Shown here in pieces: positions 62,130 to 64,000 of a stretch of 64,000 nucleotides of DNA. Both the position numbers and the translations under genes were made by a program. Origin of the DNA: Takakia lepidozioides (Eukaryota; Plantae; Bryophyta); NCBI GenBank assembly GCA_030704615.1, contig CM060733.1:4030001-4094000 (forward strand). Reading direction: 5' to 3'. The notes under the pieces are model-generated. The model was given only the letters and a program-made list of their open reading frames with translations, was not told where the DNA came from and ran no database searches. How positions within the stretch are numbered: the stretch's first letter is position 1; each line of letters opens with the position of its first letter.

Positions 62130-62975
62130 TTCTCTCTTGCTCTGCGTCTCTCTCTAAGGGAAAAAATAAAGAGACTTTCTTCTCTTTCGTATTCTAGAAG
62201 GAACCCTCTCCAGCTTGACTACCACTCTCCCTCTAAGCGCGAAAAGTAGAAAAACGCAGTGACTCCCGATTTCTTGCGGGATTGTGTTCTTGCTGTCTCT
62301 AGAAGCATCGGATTCCCTCCCGCGTGACCGTTACACATAGTCGTTTTCGATATTAGTGCACATGCCGCAATTGGTGCAAGCTGTTCGTATTCAGTTGGAT
62401 GTCTGACGTGTGCCGCCCAAAACAAAACGGCGGGTTCTAAATTATAACTGGTTCAATATTTAAAAGAACAGCGAATCCCAGAAAATTGATGCGCAGTCTT
62501 AAACAAATAAAGATATAAATGAACGAGAGTTTGATGACAAATTTTGGAATATCATACACGGTCATCCTTGTTATCCAAACCCCACATTCGTTGCACATTT
62601 GGAACTTTCCAGGTGCGCATGATCATTGGTAGTAGTATATAGATACATTTACTTAATCTGCAATCCCATTCTCGGATCCTGTGGCATGCTTCCAGGAAGT
62701 CGGCTTTGTTATTGGGTTTATTGATGAGGTTCTGATTAACGGTTTAACAGTTGCCGACACTGCCCCTATGGATTCTCTGACCACTGGGCCCACAAGAAAA
62801 GTAATTAAAATGGACGGCTGCATATCTGGAATGAATAACAGAATATGCACAGTCGTTATCTGAGCTTCCTCCGCCATATGCTCTGCTCATTCTTCAACTG
62901 TGTTCTGGAGACAGCAGTAAACCGATTTACACTAGATCTGCGATAGCAAGGTACAAACATACTCGAGGAAGGAAG

Positions 62976-64000
62976 ATGGCTTCCTCTGAAGCGGAGTTCT
63001 TCTCTGACGACAAACCAGTGCCGTTCTCCCAGGAAGTCCTTGACAATGGATTTGCAATTGTTCTGGAACATGTCTTGGCTACCCGTTTTCAGCTGCAGAA
63101 TGGCTCCATCTTTTTGAGAAAGAGGTTTACGATCTGAAAGGGAAGTTGGTGAAATATTCTTTCCAAAACCGTGATGAGACGGCTCATATCAGCCAGTGGA
63201 GAGTGCGTCCTGGTCGATACAGAGTACTTGGAGAGCCTCGGCGAAAGTCCCTTGGGTCATATGTGACGCCCGGGACTGCTGCTTCGGTCGTTGAAGACAA
63301 GAGGGAGGTGGTGGTGAAAAAAGAACAGACGTCCTCCACTCCAATCGTTGAGCTTTCGGATTCTCCGATGATGACATAAGTGAAATTCCAAATCCAGTCC
63401 TTCCTACTGTGGTTGCAGAAGCTGATGAAGAAGAGATTTGTAGTGTCATTCCAAAATTGCGGGCGATGGGAGGAATGGCTGGATTCAAAAGTGAGTTGCG
63501 GGGAATTGATTGGGAATCTTTGAAGCAGGTGCCTGTGAAGTTCTTGCCGGAGACTTTTGATGGCGATATCCTATTCGAGCTGCCTCCTCCTCCGCGAGTT
63601 TGGAGGTGTAACAATCATGATGCATGGAATGGACAAGAAACACGACGGGCACCCGTGGTGCAGAACAAAAACATCCAATATTCAGAATGATGACAAGCTT
63701 GTTTTTCAGGAGGACAGTTTGCAATGGACACCTTAGGTGTGATAATTTGAATTGCAGACACTTTCTTCAGTCTGGAGTTCATAATCAAAGCGAATGGGAG
63801 GGTCTGGCGGAGATCCATTTCAGCCTGGGACTGCCCCTCCACCGGCAAACACTTTCGTCTGCAAATTCTGCAAACTTGTGCCATCCTGCTTGGCGCTCTG
63901 CGGAGCAAGAATGTACTATGTTGTCCACCGTTTGAATACAATGACGAGAGCTTGTGTGCATTTTGGATTCCATAACCATCCTGTCTCGAAGGGGGATTAC
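62976..64000 (+). pseudogene. Mutator-like transposase 5' part, copy B
   Basis: MASSEAEFFSDDKPVPF...; RRTVCNGHLRCDNLNCRHF; mirrors 44890-45906. Confidence 0.75.

Larger units (their letters stand above)
55843..64000. mobile_element. Same Mutator-like ParB/methyltransferase element, copy B (runs off the window)
   Basis: Continuous reverse-complement similarity to 44890-53359, with substitutions and indels. Confidence 0.85.

Noticed and set aside
44890-64000. Fold-back assembly artefact explaining the large inverted duplication
   Set aside because: The arms differ by many substitutions and multi-base indels (extra ~30 nt near 60330, shorter intron 1 in B), and homology ends at a defined terminus.
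1-64000. tRNA/rRNA genes
   Set aside because: None recognised; the only tRNA-related signal is the iMet primer binding site at 20288-20299.

Overview
Eukaryotic, intron-containing, transposon-rich DNA from a land plant, probably a non-seed plant (inferred from degenerate PLS/DYW-class PPR genes and the transposon repertoire). I see no clearly intact host gene. The first ~42 kb is a mix of decayed fragments: PPR-DYW and PPR pseudogenes, a truncated mTERF, pogo-like, Ty3/gypsy, hAT and CACTA remnants, a TTAA-flanked piggyBac-like MITE, and several palindromic repeat arrays. The main feature lies at 42.4-64 kb: two diverged copies, now in opposite orientation, of a >10 kb DNA transposon. Each copy has a Mutator-like DDE transposase with a Cys/His-rich N-terminal domain. 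Divergently from it runs a ~10-exon gene joining a ParB/Sulfiredoxin-like domain (DGNHR) to a beta-class DNA amino-methyltransferase-like domain (motif IV 'DIPDG' before motif I 'VVDLSVSTGAT...GRSLFGME'). The element's non-coding DNA carries two families of near-perfect palindromes (18 bp and 22-24 bp). The 18-bp one also occurs in the introns of a second ParB-like gene downstream of a hAT transposase. Copy A appears to have been inverted between two 10-bp inverted repeats that split one repeat unit. All domain calls come from recognising motifs by eye and need HMM or structure confirmation.
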